DNA from: an uncultured Candidatus Bathyarchaeia archaeon
Lineage (GTDB): Archaea > Thermoproteota > Bathyarchaeia > 40CM-2-53-6
Length of the DNA stretch: 26,333 nt
Direction of reading: 5' to 3'
NCBI GenBank assembly: GCA_964484575.1
Contig: CAZAGP010000279.1
Coordinates: forward strand, 1-26,333
Each line of letters begins with the position of its first letter. Position 1 is the first letter of the stretch. Shown here piece by piece: positions 1-8,082 of this stretch. Below the pieces are notes generated by a model. That model was not told the origin of the DNA, searched no databases, and saw nothing but the letters and a program-made list of their open reading frames with translations. Position numbers and translations under genes: made by a program.

Positions 1-113
1 TCCAATTGGTCACGAAGAACTTCGAGAAGCGTGTAAGCCGGTGGACATTTCACTTTAATCGATTGCCCGTTTAGCTGGAAACGTATGTCGTGCTCCACCC
101 GCACTGGACTCAC
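1..113 (-). CDS. 5' fragment of a (2Fe-2S)-binding small subunit, xanthine dehydrogenase / CoxS-CutS family; runs off the left edge
   Basis: Manual translation from GTG at 113: MSPVRVEHDIRFQLNGQSIKVKCPPAYTLLEVLRDQL, open to base 1. Fits the usual CoxS-type N-terminus (I.F.LNG...V.P...LL..LR..L), which is normally followed by LTGxKxGC. The cysteines lie outside the window. Confidence 0.7.
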   Translation of the reverse strand, partial: MSPVRVEHDIRFQLNGQSIKVKCPPAYTLLEVLRDQL

Positions 114-264
114 TTCCGTATTCTAGACCTAAGGATACGCAAATATGTGCCTCTTAACCGTTGACTGAATTCGATCAATCTCCGTCCGGGGATAAACTGA
201 ACTGACGTAACTTCGTTAATCTATTTCGAAAGGCTCTTTGCCATCGTCACATTCTGCTTATGTC

Positions 265-1293
265 ATGTCGCGTGTAGCTCTTTATCTACAGGATAAGCAC
301 CAAGTTCGTGAAGAGCTTGAGTTTGTCCAATATGCTGAGAAGAAGGGTTTCGAGGCAATTTGGCACGCCGAATCACGATTAGCACGAGACGCTATCACTC
401 CCCTAGCTGCAATGGCTGTGGTCACAGAAAGGATCAAACTGGGAACGGGTGTGATCAACAATTGGACAAGAAACGTTGGTCTATGCGCTGCCACTTTTCT
501 CACATTAGACGAGCTCTCCGGCGGCAGGGCTCTTTTAGGCTTAGGAGCCTGGTGGGACCCGCTTGCTTGGAAGGTTGGGATAGAGCGAAAGAAACCGATC
601 AGAGCCATGCGTGAGTACTGTACTGTCCTTCAACGTCTTTTCAGAATGGAAAATGTGAGCTTCGATGGTGAGTTCGTACGAGTGCGTGACATTCGACTCG
701 ACGTCGTATATGGGGATCCGCAATCTCCGCGGAAAATTCCAATTTACATCGGAGCCACCGGATGGGATATGATCGAACTTACTGGCGAGATTGCGGACGG
801 CCTCCTTCTAAATTACCTTGTATCGCCAGGGTACAATGAGAGAGCGCTGGACCACCTGAAAGCGGGTGCTATGAAAGGAGATCGAAATTGGCAAGAGATA
901 GATCGTCCACAACTCATCGTCTGTTCTCTCGACGAGGACGCAGACAAAGCATTAGATGACGCACGACCACTTGTTGCGCAATATCTTGGCCAGCAACCTC
1001 ATATAGCGAAAGCTAGTGGAGTCAAGGAGAGTTTGATCGAAGAGGTTAAATCTGCTCTGGGTGGTTGGCCTGCAAAGCCGGGTGGATTAAAGGAAGCTCA
1101 ACTTCTCATCGATGACAACCTGGTTAGACTCATAACTGCCAGTGGCACTGCAGATGATTGCCTGAAGAAAGTGGAGGAGTACAAGAATACTGGATGCACG
1201 TGCCCCATTCTGTATCCGCTGGGAGAAGACGTCCGGGCGATGATTGACGTATTCCAAGTTCAACATCAGCAACCTGGTCCGTTGGTTGCTTAA
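265..1293 (+). CDS. LLM-class (luciferase-like) oxidoreductase, Mer-like, probably F420-dependent
   Basis: [56 protein letters not shown] motifs. ATG at 265 preferred over TTG at 238. Confidence 0.85.
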   Translation: MSRVALYLQDKHQVREELEFVQYAEKKGFEAIWHAESRLARDAITPLAAMAVVTERIKLGTGVINNWTRNVGLCAATFLTLDELSGGRALLGLGAWWDPLAWKVGIERKKPIRAMREYCTVLQRLFRMENVSFDGEFVRVRDIRLDVVYGDPQSPRKIPIYIGATGWDMIELTGEIADGLLLNYLVSPGYNERALDHLKAGAMKGDRNWQEIDRPQLIVCSLDEDADKALDDARPLVAQYLGQQPHIAKASGVKESLIEEVKSALGGWPAKPGGLKEAQLLIDDNLVRLITASGTADDCLKKVEEYKNTGCTCPILYPLGEDVRAMIDVFQVQHQQPGPLVA

Positions 1294-1323
1294 TCTGACT
1301 GATGCGGCACGACTTCATGTATG

Positions 1324-2172
1324 CTAGCCGCTTTCCCAAAGTGATCTGAAATACTCTCTTGACCTGACGGCATCCTTATACGACGTGAAAACCTCAAAAG
1401 TAATGGTCATGTCGTAGCCAATTTCCTTAAGCCATCTGACAACCTTCTTGAAGTCTATAATACCAGAACCGAGCGGCAAATGCTCGTCTAGTTCTCCGTG
1501 ATTATCGTGTATGTGGATATGTCTCAGTCGAGGAGAAAACCGTTTCAGATAAGCCTCGATTCTACTCATACCACCTTCAATGAACGCATGTGCGATATCC
1601 AGGTGGCAATTCAGGTCAGACACACTCTCCATGACGTGTGAATAATTTGCCAAGCCACCTGTTCCGTAGTCTCCAACGGGGACGTTCTCCAACATCAACC
1701 CAATACGCCTTGATTTGCCATACCTACAAAGTTCATTCATTGCGGTCGAAAAATTGTCAAGGAAAATGTCTCGAGACTCTTTGGTATCACCAACGCGGCC
1801 GAGCTTTCCGTAGAAGTGAAAATTGAGCAGCTCAAGTTTAAGCTGTGAGGCAGTTCGGATCATGGTTCTTGCTTCATCTATCCAGCCTCTCCGCGCCCTT
1901 ACGTGGGATGAACCAAACTGGACCCAGTATGCCGTATGGCCGATTGCAAACATTTCATTAGCGGACAGTAATTCCAATATTCGTTTTCGCTGGTGCGTCA
2001 AGATCGAAGGAGTAGCACTCGGTTCTTCTATTCCTATTTCCGCAAAATCGAAACCCAGCCTTTTGAATCGGATGATCTCGTCGGGCACTGGTAGAATTGG
2101 GTCCGTTAACATTCCGAACTTAGGAATCGGAATATCTGAGTTCAATGCTGGTTGATGGAGATGGAACTTCAC
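1324..2172 (-). CDS. Sugar-phosphate isomerase/epimerase family protein (xylose-isomerase-like / AP-endonuclease-2 TIM barrel)
   Basis: Metal-ligand pattern LENV, HLDIAHA, HIHIHDN..DEHLPLGSG, TFEVF. The true start may be TTG at 2145. Confidence 0.8.
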   Translation of the reverse strand: MKFHLHQPALNSDIPIPKFGMLTDPILPVPDEIIRFKRLGFDFAEIGIEEPSATPSILTHQRKRILELLSANEMFAIGHTAYWVQFGSSHVRARRGWIDEARTMIRTASQLKLELLNFHFYGKLGRVGDTKESRDIFLDNFSTAMNELCRYGKSRRIGLMLENVPVGDYGTGGLANYSHVMESVSDLNCHLDIAHAFIEGGMSRIEAYLKRFSPRLRHIHIHDNHGELDEHLPLGSGIIDFKKVVRWLKEIGYDMTITFEVFTSYKDAVRSREYFRSLWESG

Positions 2173-2359
2173 GAGGCACCCGGCTTATGTGAAACTTTCT
2201 ATCAAGCCTTATCACGGTCGAGCACAGAAACAGTTTACCGCCACAAAAACGAGCTCTGAAGCTTCATAGGTACAACACCGAGTGGGCAGAAAGTCGAATC
2301 AACGCAAAAATGCGTACGGACATTGGGCCGTATTGGGCCTTCGGCTAAGTTTAACTACG

Positions 2360-2375
2360 TATGGGGCACCCAATA
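2360..2375. promoter_or_regulatory. Imperfect palindromic operator copy 1 (TATGGGG-CA-CCCAATA)
   Basis: One mismatch to TATTGGG-NN-CCCAATA; sits between the TATA-like TTTAAC and the padR start. Confidence 0.6.
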
Positions 2376-2388
2376 TGTTGCGAGAACA

Positions 2389-2712
2389 TTGCGGGATGAA
2401 AGTGAGCATTTATGCTGCGACATGCGTGGAATGCTCTCGTTTCTGCTACTCTGGCTATTATGCAAACGACCCATGTACGGCCAAGAATTAGCTGAAGAAA
2501 TTGCAAAACGTAGAGGCGACAAGCCCAATCCGGGAACGATCTATCCGGCTCTGAAGGAGTTGCACAAGCGTGGATTGGTTCAAATGCGCAGTGAAGGGCG
2601 CAAGACGATCTATGAGTTAACGAGTGAAGGACAGAATGGTGTGATGGAGGCGTCAATTTACTTCTGTAGAGTATTCGGAGAAGTCTTCCGTTCTCCAGCA
2701 CAACAAGATTAA
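2389..2712 (+). CDS. PadR-family transcriptional regulator with an N-terminal Cys-Cys
   Basis: RGMLSFLLLWLL..PMYGQEL...PNPGTIYPALKEL...GLV.....RKTIYELT is the PadR wHTH signature. In-frame TTG at 2389 lies about 35 nt after TTTAAC. Confidence 0.9.
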   Translation: MRDESEHLCCDMRGMLSFLLLWLLCKRPMYGQELAEEIAKRRGDKPNPGTIYPALKELHKRGLVQMRSEGRKTIYELTSEGQNGVMEASIYFCRVFGEVFRSPAQQD

Positions 2713-2716
2713 CCAT

Positions 2717-2732
2717 TATTGGGTGTCCGATA
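2717..2732. promoter_or_regulatory. Imperfect palindromic operator copy 2 (TATTGGG-TG-TCCGATA)
   Basis: Two mismatches to the consensus; immediately upstream of the AT-rich TATA stretch before the wHTH gene. Confidence 0.6.
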
Positions 2733-2753
2733 TATTTATTAATCAATCATGAA

Positions 2754-2769
2754 TATTGGGTGTCCAAGT
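2754..2769. promoter_or_regulatory. Imperfect palindromic operator copy 3 (TATTGGG-TG-TCCAAGT)
   Basis: Shares an identical 12-mer (TATTGGGTGTCC) with copy 2; lies between the TATA stretch and the likely start at 2776/2779. Confidence 0.55.
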
Positions 2770-2775
2770 TTAAGA

Positions 2776-3375
2776 TTGGTGAAAATCTTGCCTGAAGGGG
2801 ATGAACTAGATCTACGGCGAGGCGACTGGCAGGTACTCGACGCGTTTCATGATGCCGAATCGAGTCTTGCATTTCAAGGCCTCAAACGCCGGCTGGGAAT
2901 GCACCAAGAAACCCTGTCCCGTGCCCTCCAACGTTTAGCGGATGACAACCTGGTCGAACGTACCGAGGATGGGTATCGGCTTACTCAGCATGGTTCAGAG
3001 ATCACTCACATACCGGCACGGGGACACTCTACGAAAGGCACTAGTCTCCTTGAGACATATCTTCCGTCAGATGTGCCAGCAACCGATGTGATTTCGAGAT
3101 TGAAATATTCTTGGTTCAGCAGACTTCGCTGGCTGGGTTATTCGAACAATGAGAATGAAACGTTACTCACCTGGGTTACAGATGACGGTAACACTCAAGT
3201 GCGAGCCCGATTCAAGAACAATCATCTGTCGATTGAAATCGACACTGAAGATGGAGAAAACTCCAACATCGCAATCAAATCGGCTCATGAATTAGCGGCT
3301 CGCATAATTCGTGAGTATCAAAATGTACAGAATACTCGAACAGCACAAACGGTACACACGACGCAGAGCTCCTGA
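2776..3375 (+). CDS. Winged-helix DNA-binding protein with an uncharacterised C-terminal domain
   Basis: FQGLKRRLGMHQETLSRALQRL....LVER..DGYRLT is a wHTH. TTG 2776 or GTG 2779 preferred because the ATG 2749 extension contains the operator repeat. Confidence 0.75.
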   Translation: MVKILPEGDELDLRRGDWQVLDAFHDAESSLAFQGLKRRLGMHQETLSRALQRLADDNLVERTEDGYRLTQHGSEITHIPARGHSTKGTSLLETYLPSDVPATDVISRLKYSWFSRLRWLGYSNNENETLLTWVTDDGNTQVRARFKNNHLSIEIDTEDGENSNIAIKSAHELAARIIREYQNVQNTRTAQTVHTTQSS

Positions 3376-3413
3376 TAGATTAGTCGCATGTGATTCAGCT
3401 AATTCTAATGAAG

Positions 3414-3444
3414 ACTGGAGCCGACGCACCCGCCGGCTCACCAG
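3414..3444. terminator. GC-rich hairpin between convergent genes (possible terminator or stability element)
   Basis: CTGGAGCCG / CGGCTC-A-CCAG stem, 10 bp with one bulge, 10-nt loop. Confidence 0.3.
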
Positions 3445-3473
3445 CAACCTAGTAATTCAACCACAGTGATCGA

Positions 3474-5270
3474 TTACTGGATGATTGGATCGACGAACTT
3501 GAAATTGACCGTGTCCAGCATCCCCTTATCTGTTATTCGCAATTTTGGAATGACTGAGAGCGTTGTCATAGCTAAATTCATGTACGGGGATGGAAGCGTG
3601 CAGCCCAACGTGACCCAAGCGTCTCTTAATAGGTCCACTTCCTGAACCACTGATTCGACAGGTTGGTCGGACATAATCCCTGCGATTGGTAGCGGAACGG
3701 TAGCAAGCACCTTTCCTTTGCGAGCAACTACCATCCCTCCTCCGCTCTTAATGACCTCGTTAGCAGCGATTAGCATCTCTTCTTCAGATGCACCCGCGAC
3801 GACCAGATTGTGACTATCATGTGCCACGGTTGAAGCTACTGCTCCTTCTCTTATCCCAAATCCTTTCACAAACCCGATCGATTTGTTGCCTGTGCCCTTG
3901 TGTCTTTCGAATACTGCAATCTTCAACACATCTTCGTCCACGTTAGCGTATACTCGACCATCTTTCGATGGGGCTTCCGCTTCCAAATTATCTGTGTAGG
4001 CGCTGGCCGGGATTATTCCGATAGCTCTCACCCTCACCGTTCGCTGGGATGTTTTCGATTTTATCGTGAAGTCATCCAGGGTGGGAGATGACTTGAGCAC
4101 GATCGACTTGCGAGTGAATTCGGGAAGTTTCGGAGAAGTAATGTTTGCTATCAGCTTCCCACCCTGCGAAACCACCTGTCCATTAGCAATCACCGTTCCA
4201 ATCCTCACGGTTGACAACCTGTCGAGAATTATCATGTCAGCAAGCCTAGCAGGTGCTATGCTTCCTAGATTTCTGGAGCATTCATAGTGTTCTGCTACGT
4301 TAATCGTTGCCATCTGGATCGCTCGAATCGGGTCAACGCCCTCTTCGATTGCTCGTCGCACAACGTGATCGACATGTCCATCAGTGATAATCGAATGTGG
4401 TTCCCTGTCATCCGTGACTAGGCAAATGTGCCTCGAGTCTAACTTTTCTTCTGTAATCGCGCGCACTGTATCAGCAACATCGCGCCACGCGGAGCTTTCT
4501 CGTAGCATAACGTACATTCCTAACCGAAGTTTTTGCACTGCTTCAATCTTCTTAGTAGATTCATGGCATGAAGTTATCCCGCTAGCAACGTACGCAACCA
4601 GGTCTCGGTCCAGAAGATTGACCGCGTGTCCTTCCACCACGCGGCCAGCTTTCAGAGTTGCGGCAAGTTCCCCGTGAACTTGTGGATCACTTGAGATTAC
4701 GCCAGGATAATTCATTATCTCACCGAGCGCGACCACTCCATTCCATTTTAACGCCTCTTCAACTTCCGCGGTGGTTATGCTTCCGCCTGTTGTCTCAAAA
4801 CCTGGAGCGGCAGGAACACATGAAGGGAAGGTTATTAGGACCTTCAACGGCAAATTTCGCGATTCATCTAGGAAGAATCGCACGCCACTCAAGCCTAACA
4901 CGTTGGCGATCTCATGGGGGTCTGCGAAAACGGTAGTTGAACCATGAGGGAGAACTGCTCTAGCTAATTCTGTGGCCGTAACCATCGCGCTTTCAATGTG
5001 CATGTGCCCGTCAATGAATCCTGGAACAAGATATCTACCCGCCGCCTCGATCACTTGTGTCGTCGGCCCGATAGTATGCTCAGCATGCCCAATGAAAGCG
5101 ATTCGATCCTTCTTTACTGCTACATCTTGCTCTTCAATGATTTCTCCAGAATTTACGTTAACTAATGAAACGTTCCGCACAACCAGGTCAGCCTTCAATT
5201 TGCCCGTCGCGGTGTCCACAAGCGTGCGGGTCATCTCGTGCAGGCGCGTTCTACCCTCAAACTCGAACAA
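3474..5270 (-). CDS. ade: Adenine deaminase
   Basis: 598 aa; GFIDGHMHIES (HxH), DPHEIANV, EGHA, CHE, VTDD and the C-terminal GA.ASTVAHDSHN...LPLPIAGIMS domain typical of AdeC. Confidence 0.92.
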   Translation of the reverse strand: MFEFEGRTRLHEMTRTLVDTATGKLKADLVVRNVSLVNVNSGEIIEEQDVAVKKDRIAFIGHAEHTIGPTTQVIEAAGRYLVPGFIDGHMHIESAMVTATELARAVLPHGSTTVFADPHEIANVLGLSGVRFFLDESRNLPLKVLITFPSCVPAAPGFETTGGSITTAEVEEALKWNGVVALGEIMNYPGVISSDPQVHGELAATLKAGRVVEGHAVNLLDRDLVAYVASGITSCHESTKKIEAVQKLRLGMYVMLRESSAWRDVADTVRAITEEKLDSRHICLVTDDREPHSIITDGHVDHVVRRAIEEGVDPIRAIQMATINVAEHYECSRNLGSIAPARLADMIILDRLSTVRIGTVIANGQVVSQGGKLIANITSPKLPEFTRKSIVLKSSPTLDDFTIKSKTSQRTVRVRAIGIIPASAYTDNLEAEAPSKDGRVYANVDEDVLKIAVFERHKGTGNKSIGFVKGFGIREGAVASTVAHDSHNLVVAGASEEEMLIAANEVIKSGGGMVVARKGKVLATVPLPIAGIMSDQPVESVVQEVDLLRDAWVTLGCTLPSPYMNLAMTTLSVIPKLRITDKGMLDTVNFKFVDPIIQ

Positions 5271-5402
5271 GGTAAACCCGCAATTATAACGTCTTGAAGA
5301 TTTAAGAAAGCCCTTGTTGCGGTTGACGCTAGATCATTAGTTTTCAAGCTCTACGTACTAGTGAGGCATTGAGCTCGAATGTAGTGATGGTTCTACAGCA
5401 TG

Positions 5403-5436
5403 TATTATAAAACGCGTAGGGTGCAGCTTTACGCGT
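5403..5436 (+). promoter_or_regulatory. TATA box (TATTATAAAA) followed by an inverted repeat ACGCGTA-N11-TACGCGT
   Basis: TATA at 5403-5412, about 35-40 nt before GTG 5446; 7-bp arms at 5412-5418 and 5430-5436. Confidence 0.5.
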
Positions 5437-5445
5437 GATCAGGAC

Positions 5446-6837
5446 GTGAGCTCATTACTGGTGACCGGTGGAACTCTAATTACGATGGATACTCACAGGC
5501 GCATAATCACCGATGGCGGTATCCTGATTGAAGGCTCCCGAATATCGAAAATAGGCAAATCATCTGAAGTGAAACGTGAGTCGAGCGCGGAATTTGAAAT
5601 CGATGCCAAAGGAATGGTAATTCTGCCAGGGCTCATTGATGTTCACGTGCACCTCGCGCAAGCCATGTTGCGAGGATGCGCAGATGATACTTCACTGATC
5701 GATTGGCTCCAGAAGTTCGTTTGGCCTCTGCAAGGGAATTACGATGAACATGATGGCAAGGCAAGCGCCGAACTCTGCATGCTTGAAATGATCAAGTCTG
5801 GTACGACCACCTTCTTGGAAACGCATGTGCACAGACGCTACGGGTTCGACGGAATTGCGAAAAGCGTAGAGAGCAGTGGAATGCGCGGCATCCTAGCTAA
5901 GACAGTGATGAGCCTTCCTAGCTATGGTAGCCAGCAGAACATCATGCACCCAGGCATGATCGAAGACGGTGAGACATGCCTAAGGGAGGTTGAGGAGTAC
6001 TTCAAGAGATGGAATGGGAAGGCTGATGGTCGAATCAAAGTCTGGTACGGAGCAAGGTCACTGGGAGGGTGTACACCTGAACTCTATAGGAAGATAGCAG
6101 AGGGCGCAAAACGATTAGGAACAGGAGTAACGATGCATTTGGACGAAGTGCCCCAGGATGCAGAATATACTCGAAGAGAATTCAATAAATTGCCCGCGGA
6201 ATTTATGGACGAAGTGGGACTTACTGGTCCAAACGTTGTGTATGCTCATGGAGTTTGGTTGACTGAACCGGAATGGAAGATTCTGGCTGAGAAAGGAGCA
6301 ACAGTCGCTCACTGTCCGTCTTCTAACATGAAATTGGCTTCTGGAATCGCAAAGGTTCCTGAGATGATTAAGAGTGGGGTTAACGTGGGATTAGGATGTG
6401 ACGGGGGCCCTAGCAATAATTCATACGACATGATTCGTGAGATGAAGTTGGCCTCACTCGCTCAGAAAGCAAGATTACTCAACCCGCTTGTAATGGACGC
6501 TGAGACAGTTCTCGAACTAGCTACCATCAACGGAGCTAGGGCATTAGGGGTGGATAAGGAAATCGGCTCGTTAGAAGTTGCAAAGAAAGCCGATCTAACG
6601 CTCGTATCGTTACGGCAACCCCACCTAGTTCCAGCACACAATCCGGTCTCCCATTTGGTGTACGCCGCATCAGGATCAGACGTTGACACGGTCATAATTG
6701 ATGGACGAATTATAATGAAGAATCGTCAAGTGCTGACTCTCGATGAAGAGAAGATTATTCAAGAAGCTAACGAGCGTGGAACAAGGCTCTTGGCGAGAGC
6801 TGGAGTCACGATTAAACCCAAATGGGGATACGTTTGA
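5446..6837 (+). CDS. Metal-dependent amidohydrolase (MtaD / SsnA / guanine-deaminase-like superfamily)
   Basis: LPGLIDVHVH (HxH), MHLDE (HxxE), AHGVW, HCPSSNMKL, GLGCDG, GKKAD-like KKADL. Substrate cannot be assigned from motifs. Confidence 0.85.
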   Translation: MSSLLVTGGTLITMDTHRRIITDGGILIEGSRISKIGKSSEVKRESSAEFEIDAKGMVILPGLIDVHVHLAQAMLRGCADDTSLIDWLQKFVWPLQGNYDEHDGKASAELCMLEMIKSGTTTFLETHVHRRYGFDGIAKSVESSGMRGILAKTVMSLPSYGSQQNIMHPGMIEDGETCLREVEEYFKRWNGKADGRIKVWYGARSLGGCTPELYRKIAEGAKRLGTGVTMHLDEVPQDAEYTRREFNKLPAEFMDEVGLTGPNVVYAHGVWLTEPEWKILAEKGATVAHCPSSNMKLASGIAKVPEMIKSGVNVGLGCDGGPSNNSYDMIREMKLASLAQKARLLNPLVMDAETVLELATINGARALGVDKEIGSLEVAKKADLTLVSLRQPHLVPAHNPVSHLVYAASGSDVDTVIIDGRIIMKNRQVLTLDEEKIIQEANERGTRLLARAGVTIKPKWGYV

Positions 6838-6858
6838 CCGTTGGGTCTAAACTTGCGT

Positions 6859-6876
6859 CGGGGTGCGTGCACTCCG
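6859..6876. terminator. Short hairpin between convergent amidohydrolase and carbamoyltransferase genes
   Basis: CGGGGTGC-GT-GCACTCCG, one G-T pair. Confidence 0.25.
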
Positions 6877-6927
6877 GAATGCTTCCTATCGCTCTATTGT
6901 ATTCTTGGCGATGGTGCATCATCAACG

Positions 6928-7953
6928 CTAAGTGCGCTTTCCACTCATTGTAAGCGCTAGTACCGCCATCTTCGTGTACATTCCGTTCTCCGCCTGAGGG
7001 TAGATGACCGAGTGTCGTCCATCCAGCACTTCATCTGTAGCCTCTTCACCTCGCAGAACTGGCAGCACGTGAGTAACTATCGCTCGCTTACTCATCTTAT
7101 CAAGTAAATCCTGCGTGAGAGTCCAGTTTCGGTACTTCTCATGGATCTCCAGCTCTCGGTCCTTGCCGAACCTGCTTGCTCCTATTGAAAGAAGTTCATT
7201 CGTAGCCCAGTTTCTAGGAAAAACCGCGTTGGCTCCATCCAAAGCGGATTCGAGATCGTTAGTCACTGTGAATTCTGCTCCCTGGGCCAGGGCATTCGAC
7301 CTTGATGCATCAATTATTTTGGGGTCTAATTCGAATCCAGGGGGATGAGCCAGTACCACGTCCATACCGAAACGTGACATTATCAGTGCCTCTTCGTTAA
7401 TGCTGCAACGACCTCGAAAGCTCTTCGCGTATCCCCACATGATCACGTATTTCTTCCCTTTCACCTTGCTAAGGGCTTCTTCAGTCGTCATTAAATCAGC
7501 AAGGCCCTGTGTAGGGTGATACGTGCAGCATGCCATGTTAATTACCGGAATCTCAGCATGTTTCGCATACTCTCGGATGGTGGAGACTCCTACTCCAGAT
7601 ACGTAGTCGATTGCGGAGTCTAGGATTCGTACGCCCAAACCATGCCCATACTTCTCGTACATCTTAGCCACATCTCTGGCAGCCTCCCCAGAACCTAAAC
7701 GCGTAGTGGAAACGTCAATATACTGAGCATGTCCACCAAGATACGTCATTCCCGCTTCAAACGCTGCCCGTGTCCTAGTCGACGGAGCGTAGAAGAGCAT
7801 GAAGAATGTTTTAGCATTGAGTACGGGGAGGACTCTGCCGCGGTGATACTGTCGTTTCATCTCCTTGGCAGTCTTTAGGGTTGCTACAAGCTCATCAATC
7901 GACCAGTCTTGTGTGGTTATTAGGTCGCGCCCGCCCAAATCTACTTTAACCAA
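6928..7953 (-). CDS. Carbamoyltransferase-fold protein 1 (OTCase/ATCase superfamily, YgeW-like, non-canonical)
   Basis: STRT, HPTQ and HVLP motifs. TTG at 7953 follows GAAGGTGGG (SD-like), giving 341 aa; the track's extension to 8286 overlaps carbamate kinase. Confidence 0.88.
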   Translation of the reverse strand: MVKVDLGGRDLITTQDWSIDELVATLKTAKEMKRQYHRGRVLPVLNAKTFFMLFYAPSTRTRAAFEAGMTYLGGHAQYIDVSTTRLGSGEAARDVAKMYEKYGHGLGVRILDSAIDYVSGVGVSTIREYAKHAEIPVINMACCTYHPTQGLADLMTTEEALSKVKGKKYVIMWGYAKSFRGRCSINEEALIMSRFGMDVVLAHPPGFELDPKIIDASRSNALAQGAEFTVTNDLESALDGANAVFPRNWATNELLSIGASRFGKDRELEIHEKYRNWTLTQDLLDKMSKRAIVTHVLPVLRGEEATDEVLDGRHSVIYPQAENGMYTKMAVLALTMSGKRT

Positions 7954-8082
7954 TCTTTCCCACCTTCGGCGTCCACTATGACGGACGAGAAATTCTGCTA
8001 AATAGATGTTGCTAAACCCCAGCCAACGAGTCAAAGGTCTTAAGGGCCGACAGAGACCGGGTATACCACTTCCTGAGAGAGT

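Noticed and set aside
2360-2769. padR as a small mobile cassette bounded by terminal inverted repeats
   Set aside because: No transposase or target-site duplication; the repeats are internally palindromic, occur three times and sit at promoter positions, which fits operators better.
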